From: Basidiobolus meristosporus CBS 931.73
Taxonomy: Eukaryota > Fungi > Basidiobolomycota
NCBI GenBank assembly: GCA_002104905.1
Contig: MCFE01000431.1
Coordinates: 12,263-76,262 of the forward strand
Direction of reading: 5' to 3'
Length of the DNA: 64,000 nt
The position numbers and the translations under genes are program-made. The notes beneath the pieces are model-generated. The model was given only the letters and a program-made list of their open reading frames with translations. It did not search any database and was not told where the DNA came from. This document shows positions 63,130 through 64,000 of the stretch, one piece after another (positions within the stretch are counted from its first letter, which is position 1; each line of letters starts with the position of its first letter).

Positions 63130-63790
63130 CATTTCCACTACGGTTGAGAGCTCAAAACAAGCTGGAAAGAAACAGCGGGTTGCCAGAAGAATGCCTGCAA
63201 GGGACAAGCAGGCTAAAACAGATGCTTCAGGGCAGAATTTATCTGGGAAAAAACATAGTTCTTTACAAGAAGCACTCAGACAAAGTGGCAGTGAAAGACC
63301 TGGCAGTGATAAAGGAAAAGGTAAAGGGAAAAATATCTACTCAAACTTGTGACACGGAGGCATGCAAAAAGACTGCAGTTTATGCCAGTTAGTGCCGTAA
63401 GCCAGGAACACACTGAATCACATCATGGCCAAGAAGAATTACCAACAAGAAAACAGATGTTTTCACAAGAGTTGGAAATGCAGCCAGTTGAGCTACACTC
63501 CAGCAAGGAAGATGAGTTTGCTGAAAAAGGCAATTTGTCTACCACAGCATCCACAGCCTCCACAGTCTCCATTGTTGACAGAATGAAGATCCTGCTGACA
63601 GACAAGGCTACAATGTCAAGAGCTTGAAAGACTATCACCATGCCTTCAGTTGAGTTGTGGAATATTAATATGCACACCAAGAGGTTGCAGCACTTCTTCA
63701 AGAGCAATGCTCAAGAAAATGCACTGGAATATTGCAAGGATTTATTGCAAAGACTGGCAGATGAGGAGCTAGACCTTGCAGTGCCAGCTG
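63130..63790 (+). mobile_element. Decayed accessory-ORF paralogue of the putative CACTA element
   Basis: Homologous to 54940-55140 and to 37940-38620 on the minus strand. Confidence 0.55.
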
Positions 63791-64000
63791 AAGACCAGGA
63801 CATGTGGGAGCCAGTGAATGAGCAGTGGAATAAAGCTGTCGGGTTTGGGCCAAAGTTGTGGAGCCAGAGCATTACAGCGGAAATACCTATTGAGTGGTGG
63901 ATTTTAATGAGGCTACTTGTTGAGTGTGGGGTTGGGCTTGATGTTAGTGTAGGGTATAGAGACTTGTCTAGGTCAATACAATTGGCAATTGAGGTACAAC

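Noticed and set aside
12500-64000. Classical CpA-targeted RIP
   Set aside because: CpA and TpG remain abundant in repeats; the visible losses between copies are at CpG.
1-64000. tRNA, rRNA or snRNA genes
   Set aside because: No T-loop plus cloverleaf or conserved rRNA/snRNA motif recognised by eye (GGTTCGATT at 33841 lacks stems). An Infernal or tRNAscan run would be needed to exclude them.

Overview
Eukaryotic, almost certainly fungal DNA. GT-AG introns, gene content and the transposon set point to an early-diverging fungus (Zoopagomycota/Mucoromycota-like; this is inference). The window alternates CpG-rich gene islands with CpG-depleted transposon graveyards. (1) 1-7.3 kb: a cluster of small intronless orphan ORFs, mostly secreted, most with a TATA box about 30-60 nt before the ATG. 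(2) 7.7-12.4 kb: a tandem pair of DJ-1/Hsp31-type glyoxalase genes with mosaic identity, flanking relics of an alpha/beta hydrolase and an SDR. (3) 12.5-20.6 kb: decayed gypsy/copia block. (4) 20.9-38.2 kb: HSL-family esterase, a 13-exon kaptin (KPTN, KICSTOR subunit) homologue, glucose-6-phosphate dehydrogenase, a two-finger C2H2 factor and long ORF-poor CpG-rich spacers. (5) 38.3-64 kb: copia, gypsy and CACTA remnants, including a four-level nested LTR stack whose target-site duplications can all be read. The best leads are the orphan secreted-peptide cluster, the apparent gene-conversion tract in the glyoxalase pair, a fungal kaptin, a gypsy family with a Tf1-like self-priming signature, and sharply bounded CpG-to-TpG decay in repeats. 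All alignments and counts were made by eye; no database searches were run.
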